Origin: Phallusia mammillata
Taxonomy: Eukaryota
Assembly (NCBI GenBank): GCA_965637545.1
Contig: OZ281499.1
Span: forward strand, 25,172,001 to 25,236,000
DNA: 64,000 bases
Direction: 5' to 3'
A program made the position numbers and the translations under genes. Each line of letters begins with the position of its first letter. Within the stretch, counting starts at the first letter, position 1. Positions 1 through 19,955 of this stretch are shown here, piece by piece. Under the pieces are notes generated by a model. That model was not told where the DNA came from and ran no database searches. It saw only the letters and a program-made list of their open reading frames with translations.

Positions 1-148
1 ATATTATATTTCAAATCAAATATTGATGTTTGGAAATATTAAAACAATCACAACATTAAAAATTAAATGTAAAAATAAGGTATTTTTACACGAAACGTTG
101 TTTGTGCGTATTTTGTGTGAAATGACGCAAATTTTACCACTTTACCAG

Positions 149-2404
149 GGTACAGCCGCTCCGAGACCCCAAACATCTCTCTGCGACCGTTTGGAAACTT
201 GCGACCACGCTATGACGCTGTTCGGAGGCTGGAATGACGAAACAATGGTCACGCGCCACGAAGAAAATCTACAACGCTTTTATGAAATGTTAAAGCGAAA
301 CGGATTCAAGAAAAATAAAATCCAAGTCTTTTACAACGGCAACGGAAACGTTCCCCGTAAGTTCATCTAAAATCTGTTTAAATACCTTCTTGCCTGAAGG
401 TTTTTGTTAATGGTGTCTGATTTCTCCCCAACAAACAGATGTGAGATCATAGTACGCCAGGCCTATTAAAGGCGTTATACCCAACCAGTCGGTCACCAAG
501 CATTGGTTAGCGCCTTTAATAGGCTTGGAGTATTATATTTTCTATGCGAGTGTGTCGTGATCGCTGGTCTGCTTCGACGGTTCAGGGCAGATCCCATTTA
601 TTCACCTATGTCTTAAACCGAAGTGAAGTCACTTTTACACGACATACGTTGACAATATAGAGTGCATTTTAAACAATGTGGCAAATCATGGCTTAAATGC
701 TATTTTTAGTGCACTTTCTGCTGAATTGCTTTACCAAAGGTATGAAAAGGATCAACTTTACTGCACTTGATATAACTTACATTACTTCTAAAAGGAATCA
801 AATCAAAAAATGTACCTACTCCAAAACCAAAAAAAAAAAAATTAGTATTCTGCTTTTCGTGTAGTCGATGACTCCTATCGTCATGGTCTGCCTGCCAGCA
901 ACAAGAACGCGATAAGAAATCACGTGACCACACTGTGCAGAACGTCACTTTGCGTCGATTCTTTCGTAATTTACCTTAATGGCCCGGCTACGTCGGATGG
1001 CTCCATTCTGTTGTGGGACACAAACGGGGATGGCGAGGTAAAATAATGTTGTTGTGTTCAAATTTTTATGCTTGATGGAGATAATTATTTGAGAGAGGCA
1101 AAAAGATATTCAAGTTTAACCGTGAAAAAGATCCCATTTAAGACACCTGCAGGTATTAAAGCACACCTTTTGATTATCCCTTAAAGTAAATAGCTTTTAA
1201 TACAGTACGTATGCTTATACATTTTTAAAATGACATGAGACCAGAATCCCTTAACAGGCACGTTTTTTTTTGAGTTTGCAAACTACAAAGTAATCTTTGT
1301 TTTGCCACTTCCTAGTTATGTTGGCATTACTGGTGCCCTGTATTGCCTAAAATGGGGCTTAGAACCTTATTTTCGCATTAATTGGTAAGAATTGCGCCAA
1401 TTGATAGTTAATCAATGAAACATTCACAGCAAGAATTAAACACACGTAAACCTCCCCCCCTCTAGGCACAAAGTACCGAAACATACACAGTTGAGGAACT
1501 TATCGATGACGTGGCTGATTGTGACGCAAACCACGTGTTCATCTTCGCCGATCAGAGCTATTCTGGAATTCTGACGACGCGATTACGTCAGATGTCGTCA
1601 TCACCCGTATATCCAGCTACTACGTCATCATGGAACCGCGTTGTGCTGCTCTCTAGTGGCGGAGAGTATGATTACTCGTGGAGGGACGAAATAAGTCGCC
1701 ACTGGAGTGCGCTGTCACATTTGCACCCGGTTTCGTGGGCTTATGACGTAAGTTTGTATTGTGACTTCACTAAACAATCTTTAAATGAGAGAAAAAAGAA
1801 CAGAATAGTTGCATTTTTTGACAGTTTTGTGTAGTAATCTTTTGCTTGCTTTATTTTTATCCTTGGTGGGTGGGCAACGCCTAAATGCGTTGTGTTCACA
1901 ATAAGGCCGCCGTCCAGCAGCCTCAAATGCAAGTCCGTAGGATCTTTTGTATTTGATTTTTCGTATTAGACTGTTGGTGCTTCAACTAGTTTAACCCATA
2001 GGATTCCACTGGGTTGGAACAATACAGCAAAAGTTTCTAGTTTAGGTACAATCAAATAACCGAGGTAGGAATAGAACCCACAACCTTGGAAACACAAGGC
2101 GGTTACACAAACCATTCGGCAAACTTTGCGACAATACCTGAACTTAAGTCACAATTACCAAGTTATTTCATTGATTCTTATTTAACCTTCACAGGCTTTG
2201 GGCTACTGGAGAAGTCAGGTTAGCCTCACAGCAGCCAGAAGAGCACAAGACTTCACGATTTACGGAGCTCCCATTGAACAAGGCCTTCCCGTGCTAGCTG
2301 AACGACCAAGTGAATTACGAAATAAATACATGGGATGTCAGAGATTTGCCCAGCCGGAATGGTTGCTACAATTTAGTTCACTGTATGAAATGACAAGAGA
2401 TTGA
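149..2404 (+). CDS. 3' part of an uncharacterised peptidase C13/legumain (caspase-hemoglobinase fold)-like protein, probably catalytically inactive; 5' exons lie outside the window
   Basis: Phase-consistent GT-AG exons 149-356, 865-1037, 1466-1747, 2195-2404 (TGA). Motifs 'GGWNDETMVTRHEENLQRFYEMLKRNGFKKNKIQVF', 'DSFVIYLNGP' and 'VFIFADQSYSG' resemble the C13 segments RH..D...Y..L...G....I, 'FIYF.DHG' and 'EACESG'. Confidence 0.7.
451..534. mobile_element. Short palindromic MITE-like element; a partial reverse copy lies at ~35791-35842
   Basis: Arms tagtacgccaggcctattaaaggcg / cgcctttaataggcttggagtatta in TA context. The core 'cagtcggtcaccaagc' recurs in reverse at ~35791. Confidence 0.55.
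2060..2121 (-). mobile_element. tRNA-derived SINE head (degenerate)
   Basis: Minus strand shows A-box-like TGCCGAATGG and B-box-like GGTTCTATTCC at tRNA-like spacing; no complete cloverleaf. Confidence 0.45.
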
Positions 2405-3371
2405 CTCTTTGTGCTGGATGGCTCTAATTTATTTCATCTTCTGAAATGCTCGTTTGCTGAAATAGGCCAAACATACTTTGGATTATTCCAGCTGATACGT
2501 TCTTCTGTGATTCAAATATTTTTACCAGATTTGGTTTTTGCATCATTTTGATACAAATTTGTCATTTGTGTTTTCGTTTTTATTTGTACATAGCTTTCAT
2601 ATTTACTTGTTAAAGTCGAATGAGCCCTGAAAAAGCGATTGCCGTCAAACTTAATCACACTTTTACTTTAAAGAAAAAAAACTGTGTTGCTTTAATGACA
2701 TCTGAACTTAAAAACAGCTAAAATGTTATGGCCAGATAAGTAAAAAGTAATAATACTTTTCCAACCTATAGCCACTTATCAACAAAATTGTACCAGATCC
2801 TAGTTGGTTTATTCCACAGTGCTTCAACCTGTTACTTTCATACTTCTCGTAATATTGTCTTGTCAAACTTTAAAACTTGTTATATGGTTATGTGAGCATA
2901 ACATTACAACATTGTAAAGGCTGTACTTACCAGCTAATGAATGTAAGTCGCAATACAAGTATGTTTTTGATGCAATATTCATGTTTATACCTTAAACTTC
3001 AGACACAGATTCACCCACTTAAGGCAGTTTACAGTGCTTGACACAGAAGATAATAACACTACAATAAATAGATTGCACTTGAAAATATTTTCCAACAAAG
3101 AATTATAGTTGCATCCAATTTGTTAAAACCAAACCAAAACCTCAAAAAGCAATAACATCACCTGCAATCCAAAAATTATGCATTAAATCAAATATATTAA
3201 AATATTTAAAAAAAACTAGGCTCTTAAAAAATCTGCATACAACTGAAAGGATTTTTTACGCCATAATAAAATGCCGCTATCTCGTAAAACAAGACAGAAA
3301 AAAATGCATCAAATAAGAATAAAGAACTTAACCGAAAGTACTCACCGATATTGCACAAGCTGCCACAAAAT

Positions 3372-10414
<7,043 letters not shown>

Positions 10415-11785
10415 GCTTTTCTTTTCTTCTTTTTCTGGTGCGGTAAAATTGCCTAAAAGTAAACAAACAGTTCGGAAACTTGTAATGTAACATAAGCAAC
10501 TCAATACTATGAACGAAGAAAAAATCACTATTTGGGTTGTTTCAACATTTAAACCGTTTTGGACACAACAAATATTTGTTTTCTTAAGATTTTACTAAAC
10601 CGGCCAAATTATTTATTTCAACAACAAATACTATTTTTCTTCATAAAGACGCTAAACTGAACAAAACTTTAAGAAATCCAGACTAGACTACAAACCAAAT
10701 GTTTAAACGTTTACTTTAAAAAGCAACCACCTAACTACATTGAAATTGTAATTTTTGAAACATTTTTCTGTCCTTTTTCTGCAAAATATATTGCTACCTG
10801 TAAAAAAACGATGCCTATTACACTGCTCTACCAGTTACGAAATTCTAAAAACAAGCTACCAACTTTTTTCAAGCTGCTGCTCCCACAGAACTTTCGTATA
10901 AGAAGTGCAATCTATTTATAACGACTTTAGTTGACACAAACGCAATACAAATGACGTTAATCGTTTGCCAAGTCAACATTATTATGACGACATAATTTAA
11001 CCGGGTACTTCTGATCAGCGTTCCATTTACCTCAAAATTTAGATTGAAAATGTATAACATTACAATGAAACTATAGCAGTGATAACCCTTTGCAGTGGCG
11101 TTTTTAAATACCGTAACGCTCTAACCATACAATCGATGTTTATCTTTCTCGAAGCTAAATATAAAACTGCGTTTAATAGTTAACTTCCGAACAATTGTTT
11201 TAATTAAACCATACAAAGTCCATTAAAACCCGAACAGCTATAACCCGGTGTATTGCACTATTAAACACACATCAGCATGGAATTCAATCACTTTTTTAAT
11301 GGTTAAACAGATTTGAAAAATACTTCATTACCTGTTTCATTGTTTCTACCTTTTCTTTGATACTCTGAAGCAGGTCTTCAAAAACTATTCTGCTGAATTT
11401 TTGCATAGGCACTATTGTACCAAAGTACTGAACAAATTTGCTACTCTTCACAAACTTAACTTTTCTTTCTTCAAGCCATACCCTATACTACAGCCAGCTG
11501 GAAGAATGTGCGCGGGGCGCTTTGGTTAATTAGATGCTAAAATTCCGCCACACTCGGGAAACTTAGTCAGACAGGGGTGACCAATTTTATATTGTTGATT
11601 TGTTACCATAGTGATTTTGGGTGGCATATTGTATCACTAAAACTCCATTTTTATGCTGTGCTGATGTACAAAGCCTTAAAGCTTCACAAGATGCATGGTT
11701 TTAAACATTGTCAACATATATTAACTGCTTGTGAAATCGAATACCACTTGGAAAAAAACAAACACCTGTTACCTGTTTCACCAAA

Positions 11786-12223
11786 CTACCTTTTCTCAGG
11801 TTTAGCCTTAAAGATAACTGTACCATCTATATTCCACAAACTGCAGAGATACATACCTTTCAAAGTGTTTGCAGGTTTAGCATGTTGAACTTCGCCAAAA
11901 TCCTGTTTCTTTCCTTTTTCATCAGATACAACCTTGCTATTCACGGTAGTGCCACTTTCGGGGAAGTCCCTCACTGCCTTATTGCATTCCGGGTCCAAAA
12001 CAGGGCGCGGGGTTTCTAGAAAACGACCCGGTTGGGGACCAGACCCCGGAGAAGGGAGGGCCCTCACCCAGGCCATAGTAGGGTCATCTTCTTCAGCCAC
12101 ATCATACATGGAGTAACGCTGAAGAGGTGTTGGTGGTGCCAGGTCGGTCCCCGCGCCTGACTGCAGGGGAAAATGGGGCAAAGGGGTGGTTGGGGCCATC
12201 GGGGGAAGAAAGAGGTCAGACAT
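11786..12223 (-). CDS. Proline-rich ORF or exon of unknown function upstream of the CSL gene
   Basis: 145-codon ATG-initiated ORF, GC-richer than its flanks, with a possible internal donor (AAAG|gtatgt ~11856); no recognisable domain. Confidence 0.4.
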   Translation of the reverse strand: MSDLFLPPMAPTTPLPHFPLQSGAGTDLAPPTPLQRYSMYDVAEEDDPTMAWVRALPSPGSGPQPGRFLETPRPVLDPECNKAVRDFPESGTTVNSKVVSDEKGKKQDFGEVQHAKPANTLKGMYLCSLWNIDGTVIFKAKPEKR

Positions 12224-15200
12224 AACGACCTTTAGTTAAATTCCTTGACTTCTGTCTTGCTTAAAATTTTCTCTGTTTGGTTCTGAATAAGATATTTTCT
12301 TTAGTTAGTTTGCATGAAAAAAAGAATTGGCAAAATTACTGCATAAAGTTTACATTAAGCCTAGCAGTAATAATTAGAAATTGGTTATTGTTGAAACTGA
12401 AGTCATACACTAACATACAGCCCTTAAGAACAAGAAAAACCAAAGTGCCAAAACGATATACCCAATAACAAAAACATAATTTTCGCGACATTCTACATTT
12501 GGCATGTTAAATTTTCAGAAAAACTTGGTAACGGTAACAGTTACTTTGATTTCCTAACCAATTTGCCTGATAATTTATTTTGCTTAGCAGTTTAAAACCA
12601 ATAAAACACACTAATTCAAACCTCTGTCTATTCTAGACTGAGACCAACTGATTGTCTGCCTGCTCAAGTGTTTATGACTGAGGTTCGCGACTAGGAACAA
12701 CCAACAGGTATTCTAGAATTTTAAAACAATGGGAGTGAGATTACGGAAAGAGCTATCCCGGCCTAGCACACGATTTAGTGTCAAAATCGTATTCGATTAC
12801 TTGTATGTTGTCATAGGGGCACGCGAATGACAACTGAAAGTTCGCAGGGTTAAGAAAACTGACACGAACAATGGGTTCGTTCGGGTAAATAATATCCGAC
12901 AAACGTGCCTTTGTTTCGCTTTTATTGCACAGTCAATTAGGTTTGTGATGTAATAACAAGTTGATACAAATGTGGATTGACACTATTTCTAGGAGTAACA
13001 CCCGAAAGGGACCAAAAATATGGCATCTTTAGGTGTCCTAAAATGCAACTAAATCAACATTTTATAGTAGAAAAAGCGTGAATCAAAAGTGAATGCTTCA
13101 AATTGTTTTCCAAGGGAAGCATTTAAAATCGATATATTAAAGCGGCTATAGGGAAAATCTGTGTCATGCTTCAGTGATGTGCAATGTTGATTCAGGCCAA
13201 GCAGAGCACCGGTGTAAGCACACAACACAAACATAAGTCTTTTTGACTCCCAGCAAAACATGTACGTGTGCACTCAAATACGCACAGACAAAGTTATATT
13301 GCTGGCTGCTTAACTGCAAAAACAGGGCTTATGTAAGTGCGAAAAGTGTTTAACAGGCTAGCGTTTGGTAAGGATATGCATAGTGTACTTATTCCAGTGT
13401 TAGGCAGTTGCATTATGTGTTCGTTTGGTTGTTGGCGCCAATTGAATTAGTTCGTCTGGGTATTACGTCACAGATGGAAGTGTGACGTCGCCATTTCGTG
13501 AAACAGACTGACTTGGCAAAGGTCTTTTACAAAGTGGAAGCTTTGTACCAAAAATTCAAAACGTAAACTGGTTTCAATGCAGGTTGTTAACTGTTAACAT
13601 GTCAATACAAACTATGTTTACTCTTTAACTTTTACATCAGTTGTTTTTAAGCTTCCTGAATCATTTATTTCTAATGACCTTGTTGCAGCATCCTGCCAGC
13701 TCAACTCGTAACAGGTTAGAAATGACAGGAAACCCGTATATGATTAATTGAACACAGCTATAGCTTGCACGCTGTTTATACAGCAGAGTCCAGTGTACCA
13801 TAGTTGTTAGAATAGGCTACTTTGAAAGGACTTTGGACAGCCTGTGAAATATGTTAACCTAGTATAGTGACTGTAAAATGTATGCAGGTAGATTAGGTGT
13901 GAAATTTAGTTGTGTAGTAGCATGAATGTTAAAACCATTATGATGACAAGACGAGTATATTGCCCATGACTTTATGGTGCAATGAGCAACGAAGGTTCTG
14001 TAGATTAGGTTTCTGGATAATTTTGCTCAGACTCAAGGACTAGTGAAAAAAGACGCTTCAGGTTTTGTTGGCAATCAAGTTGTGTTGCTCAAAGAATAGA
14101 AGCAGCAACAGTTGCAACTTCCAAAAAATGGTGGACAAAAGTTTGTTGTAAAGTTGAGACATAAGAATGCTTTAATCTTTAAAAAACATTAAACATTTGA
14201 TATTGAAATACAATATTTTATTCTGTATTTCTTAAAATAATACTGGTACTACGTCTTGACATAGAAACGCCTTTTGTTCTCTTACGACTAAACTATATTT
14301 GCTGTCCAACTTTAAACACAAAGGGAGTAATTTGTTTGTTTAGAGAACTTGTGAAAAGGCCACGACGCAAAGGTCTTTTCGATTTAGATTAATTATTGAC
14401 GTTTCAATACTGGAAATCGTCTTTTTAGGCGACGCAAGACGAATAAAGCGTTTTAGAATAGTCCTGATGGTACATTTTGTGAAAATTTGTTCGTTTTTGT
14501 CCATAAAAATCTTTGTAACATGCAGTTGCTACTGAAAAAAAAACTAGACACAAATTGGTATTTTGGCATGACACACTAAACCACGTGATTATTGCATCAT
14601 AATGAGCGAAATTTGCGACGTCGTCAAGCTGTCATTGCACGATTTAAACTTTAAATGCTTAGTTGTAAACATCGATAGTAGAAATGTGAGGTTGACAAAG
14701 TCTTAAGTATAGAGAAAGGCAACTTGCCAAGCAAGCGATGTACAATACATCACACAGATCAGCTGAATGCTTGTTAATAAGAAGTAAAGTCAAACCCAGT
14801 GTACCATACCTAGTGTGGCTGAAACTAAACAGGTTTATTGGTGTACTATGATCGAGCGGTGCTTGTTCTGCCGTTCTGTTAATCCAGTTCAATTTCTTGC
14901 ACCAGAACTGTGTTTGAAAAAGGTTTACGCAAGGCTTCAGTGATTGCCAGTCGAGCAAGAAAAAATGCGCAAAACAACGTTGGGCTTTGGGCTGAATGCT
15001 CTACTAGTCATGCTGATTTGACTTTTAACTGAGGTTAAGTTACAAACTAAGTTCCGTTAGCCTTGTGTAATGTGGTTAGTCAGTTAGTTTACCACAGAAA
15101 GGGTCTTTTGTTACGTAATAAATGTGGAACAATGGCTTAAGAACAGGGTTTGTTTTCTAATTGTGGGTTGTTTGTTATGTGTAAAAGTTAAATATACCAG

Positions 15201-16754
15201 CCAAATGCTTACGTTTCGGTTGTAAAATGTATTGGAAACAGAAACATTGGTTGTAGCTTTCCTACTAGTCACAAACGGCTTACTTCACACTATTACACTA
15301 CAGCAGCTTTTAAACCTTGATGTTTAATAGGTGATGTTCTTTTAAACTTATTTTATTGATTTTAAATATGTCAGTATAGCAAGTCAACGCACGTTTTAAG
15401 TGATTTTGGCTGCACTAGCCTTATTTTAGTTGCCAAACAACAGTATCAAAGTTAAGAAAAGTCCATTGAATCAACTCACGAAAGATTGTATTTAGCATCA
15501 ACAATTTCAACGTCTCACACATACAACAATGACCACAATGTCTTAAGAAAACATAGCACTAGACCGAAACTATAACTATGAATTTTAACTACGTCAAGTA
15601 TTTGTTGTTGTTTGACGGAGCGTAACGACCCAGCATTATTGTCGCGAAGGTTCAGGCTGTAAAATGCTGCAGGCTACGTGAAACCAATAAAGTGTTTTCT
15701 CATTGGAGGCAGTTGGTCTAGACCGGCACGAAGCTTTTGTCAACAAAATCAAAGCAATGGTTCTTCACAGCGGGTCAGCATAGCTCTGAAGAATTAAATG
15801 AATATTAAATGCGTCTCATGGTTTAAGCCGTTTTAAATCTTTGCAGTGATGATGACAACATTATATGATTAACCATCTGTTATAAAATGTATTTACTATT
15901 CTAGCAGTTTTGTTTTTGATTACGCATATTTGTTTCAAATGTTTTTTGGGCAACGACTTTATAAATCAACAATGTTTTGACGATATAAATATCTGAGCAA
16001 CAACACATAACGAAGGCTAGTTTGTTTCTCAAGGCTATAAAACATTTCCATTTTTCCAACTTATTTTTGGCTCAAAACAAATGAATCTGGGCCACGACAG
16101 GAGACAAACTTCAGAAGCCGGGCGTTTATAAATAGCTCAATAATTGGCCGCTTCTCAAAACGTAAATGCCCGACTTCCATCATTTCAGTAAACACAACGA
16201 CGCGTGTGATTATGACGTCACAGACACTATGCGAAGTGGTTTCGAGACAGAAACACACTGGGCAGTAAAAAAGATTTTGAGAGTTTTGGCAGAAAAGCGT
16301 TTGGGCCTTGAGGTTTAGGTCGAAAGGAGTGCTCCAAAACAGAACAATGCCGTTGGGAGTTCTTGAACGGTTCTGTCGAAGATAAGACCCTCTTATTGGA
16401 TTCTTGGAGGGGTTTAATTTGTGGTGTTGCGGTCTCAGTGGTTTTACTGTAGTGATGTGGTTCGCAAAATTTCGGAACTTCAGTGCTAAAATTATGTTCT
16501 GCATGAAAAGGGGTTAGATGGGGGAAGGAAAAAAACCGTTAAAACTACGAATTATGTATTGGTTGCACAGATAGTTTAGTTTTGCAATAATCATTTTCAT
16601 CTTTTGTAACCCAACAACAACTACATCTATTTACTTTGTGTTGTAGACTTTTGATTGCTTTTAGTACCCCTTATTTTTTTTAATTGCAGAGCGTAATAAA
16701 CAGGTTTGTGACGTAGAAAACTGACACAAAGAATACGAAGACGATTGTGTATCT

Positions 16755-19700
16755 ATGACGAAAACTTCCGGCGGTTCTTGCTGCAGCTGCAAGAATGTTC
16801 GGGTTTTCCTGAGGGAACCTCTCCACTCAATAAAGTTGACACAGATAGTAAGTCAACATTCGCATACTTGTTCGCTGTGCTGCTTTCTGTTGCGACATGT
16901 TAAAACTACTGCCAGATAGTTGCTGACCCTAAAGGTACGAATTTTTCTTCACTGTAAGTATTTGGCTCGGATCAAAAGAACTGCATGTTAATTGGTTGCC
17001 TATGGGCTGTTAGGGCATTTTTGGTCGTATTTATTCCAGCACTTGGCCTGTCAATGCTGAAATTGCCAATCCACACTCAAAGAGCTGTAGACACTACACA
17101 CTGTTTCGACCTATAAGGTCTCATCAATGCATTTGACAAGAGATTGGCCGTAGTTGTTGGATTGAACAGAATAGGTGAGGCATGTTTTTTTCGCCTGTTA
17201 TTCTCAAGTTCCATAATCTTACTGCACCAGCCAATACGGCCTATCTCTTGTCACCAGATGCACTGACTAGACTTTATAGGTCGAAACAGTATGCACTGCC
17301 TCTGTCTGCAGCTTATCACCTATTGGTTCGATGCTTTTTACACATACAATGAGAAGTAAACAATCTATTTTGGTTAAGCTAAGCCTGAGTCAAACTTTTA
17401 TCTTTTCCAGGTTATTTAATTTCATGAAAGACTTTTTCATTTGACTTTTGTTTTTCTTGCAGGCGTTTATCATTCTGGATCTCTTAGCAACCGAATCTGC
17501 ATTCATCTTTCTTCGCTCCATCAAGATCGACTGGAGGAGAGGGGGATTCCCCAGTTTCGACCTCCAGCGAGTCATCCTGATCCTCTCGCTCATCACTACA
17601 TCCGGGATACTGGTCCTCCTCTTCAACGAGTGGAAGAAGAGGCGATCCGTGTGGAGGACTGCGAGATGTTCTTCCTGCGACGGACTGAGGAAGGATGTCA
17701 AGCCATCAGAATATAAATCAGCATCAAGATGTGATTGGGACTTTGCTGTAAGTTGGCGGGCGATAAAAATGTTTGATTTTTGTAAAAAGAGAAGAGTTTA
17801 GTAGCTGCAAGACGTGTAAACGTGAACATGTAGTTGGGTTTGATTTTTTTATGTTTGCAAAGCAGAATAAGTTGTAAAAAATGACCCACGTGCCATTAAA
17901 ACTAAAACTAGAATTTACAAGCGAACCATCAAACCATAGAAAGTTTTCAGCGAAAATTCCGCAAACGCAATTAACCGTCCAATTAACAATGTCTTGACAA
18001 AAACTGCAAACGTGTCTGTAAAATTACAAAATAAGTGGCATTTCAGAAGAACTTGATAAAACTTAAAACAAATTCTTTTTCGTTCCAGGATTACATCCAT
18101 TCGCTCCTCAACGCAGCATCATTTATAGTTTGTGCACTTTGCATGATCGCCTACGTACCTGACGACTACGAGCATCCAATGGAGGTGAGATAAAATGCAT
18201 TTACATGTTATTTACTCATAAAAGTCTTATCTCTAACCAGAAGTCAAATGACCACAAAACCACGTTTTTACTTCCGTAATTGACGTTACGCAATGTAGCA
18301 GTAAACATAATCAAACTTAACACAGTGTATTTTCAACACTTTTGGTTGCAATTTTTGGTGTAAGTGTGTTGTCGCTGTTTAAAATGATTGTGTGTGTGAT
18401 TGTAAAAAGTGTTTGGTAACAGAGGTGTATTTGTCATATACGACAGACTAAGCCTACTCTCTTATAAGTTACATATCACCCTGTAATAGCGCTGTAACCT
18501 TATTCAACCTATTGTGTCTTCCGATTTTCGCTTTCCATAGCGTTCTAACATTGCGCAGGAGCTATTTCCGGCTCAGTGATCGTTAAAAGCCAATTATATG
18601 TCGCAACGAATTATTTCACCGTGGCAAAAATCTTTACTAAAAAAGCCTTTCATACTTTAATATACAACAGTTGAAATGTTAGTGTAGGTATGTTGCCGCT
18701 CTTTAAAACGATTTTTTGTGGCTTTAAAAATGTTCTGTTACAGAGGCACATGTGGAATAAACGCCAAATTGACTCTTCTGCGAGCCACAGACACCCTGTA
18801 AAAGCGCTGTATAGCCTTTGATCAATCATTGTGGCCTTCAGTTTTTGCCTACCATAGCGTTCTAACGTTTCGCAGCAGCTATTTCCGGCTCGGTGATTGC
18901 TAAAGACCAATTATGTCGCAATGAGTTCTTTCACCTCGCCAAACAAACTTAATTAAAAAATGGCTGCTTTCAGACTTTAATCTACAACAGTTGAAATCTT
19001 AGATGCACAAAACTAATGATGTACCGAAGTTTCGGTTAGCCGAAACATTTCGACTGAATATGCCGTTTTACAATGTTTCGGTTTCGACCCGAACCTTTTC
19101 AGGCGGGTTCGGTGTATCACTACACAAAACCACTGTAGTGTAGGTGTGTTGTCGCTGTTAAAAACGATTTTGTGTGTGACTCGAAAACTGTTTTATTACA
19201 AAGGTGCATGTGTATTAAACACCAAACTTACTCTTCTGTAAGCGCTGTATAGCCTTTGATCAACCATTGTGGTCTTCAGTTTTTGCCTTCCATAGCGCTC
19301 TAACGTTGCGCAGCTATTTCCAACTTGTTGATTGCTAAAGGGCAATTACGTCGCAAACGATTGTTTCACCCGTCAAAAATCTTTACGAAAAAAAGCCTCT
19401 GCTTTCAGAGTTTAATCTACAAATAGTTGCAATGTTAGTGTAGATGTGCTGTCGCTGTTTAAAACGATTTTGTATGTTTGGTTACAAACATTTAAGTGTA
19501 ACATACGACAAACTTACTCTTTTGGTAGGCCTAGTAACATATCACCCGGGCAAATTGTCCCAACGGGTGAAGGGCAAATATGTCGCAATGAATTGTTTCA
19601 CCTTGTCAAAAAAAATTTTTGATAGAAAATCCACTTCTATCAGATTTCAATCTACAATGTTTGATGTTCGTTTCAGGTTGGAATAAAAGTTGGAAGTTTT

Positions 19701-19955
19701 CTTCTGGACCTCGTACTTTGTCTTCTCTTCACAAAATCATGTGTGGCTGCCTACATGCACTACCAAGTGCCCGAACCTTGCAAATGTCCGGACAAACTAG
19801 CAGGCTTGGGGGTTTACTACGACAGCTCCACCACGCCATCTAGCGTCAGTTTGTCCGACGATGACGCAGAACAAACTGTTTTATTTGTAAAACCGAAATT
19901 TCGTAAAGTTGACGGCAAAGCCTATGCTTCTCTTACCACTGAGGACGATATTTAA
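16755..19955 (+). CDS. MARVEL-domain-like (CMTM/MAL/plasmolipin-like) four-pass membrane protein, 250 aa
   Basis: Four phase-0 exons: 16755-16847, 17463-17747, 18089-18184, 19677-19955 (TAA overlapping AATAAA). Four hydrophobic segments. 'FLREPLHSIKLTQIAFIIL' and 'WDFADYIHSLLNAASFIVCALCM' resemble the MARVEL TM1 and TM3 signatures. Confidence 0.75.
17083..17313. mobile_element. Inverted-repeat element carrying two opposed hammerhead motifs (family B; Penelope-terminus-like)
   Basis: Imperfect ~75-bp arms. Minus 17096-17132: atgca TTGATGA GACCT tat AGGTC GAAACAGTG tgta. Plus 17259-17295: tgca CTGACTA GACTT tat AGGTC GAAACAGTA tgca. Confidence 0.75.
18355..19660. repeat. Tandem array of four diverged ~220-320-bp units in intron 3 of the MARVEL-like gene
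   Basis: Unit start 'gtgtagrtgtgytgtcgctgtttaaaacgatt' at ~18358, 18682, 19138, 19438; shared internal 'ccatagcgttctaac..gctatttcc..caattatgtcgcaa'. Confidence 0.85.
19014..19122. mobile_element. Short hAT MITE, a deletion derivative of the 23014 family in opposite orientation
   Basis: TIRs TAATGATGTACCGAA / TTCGGTGTATCACTA; perfect 8-bp TSD cacaaaac (19006-19013, 19123-19130). Confidence 0.88.
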
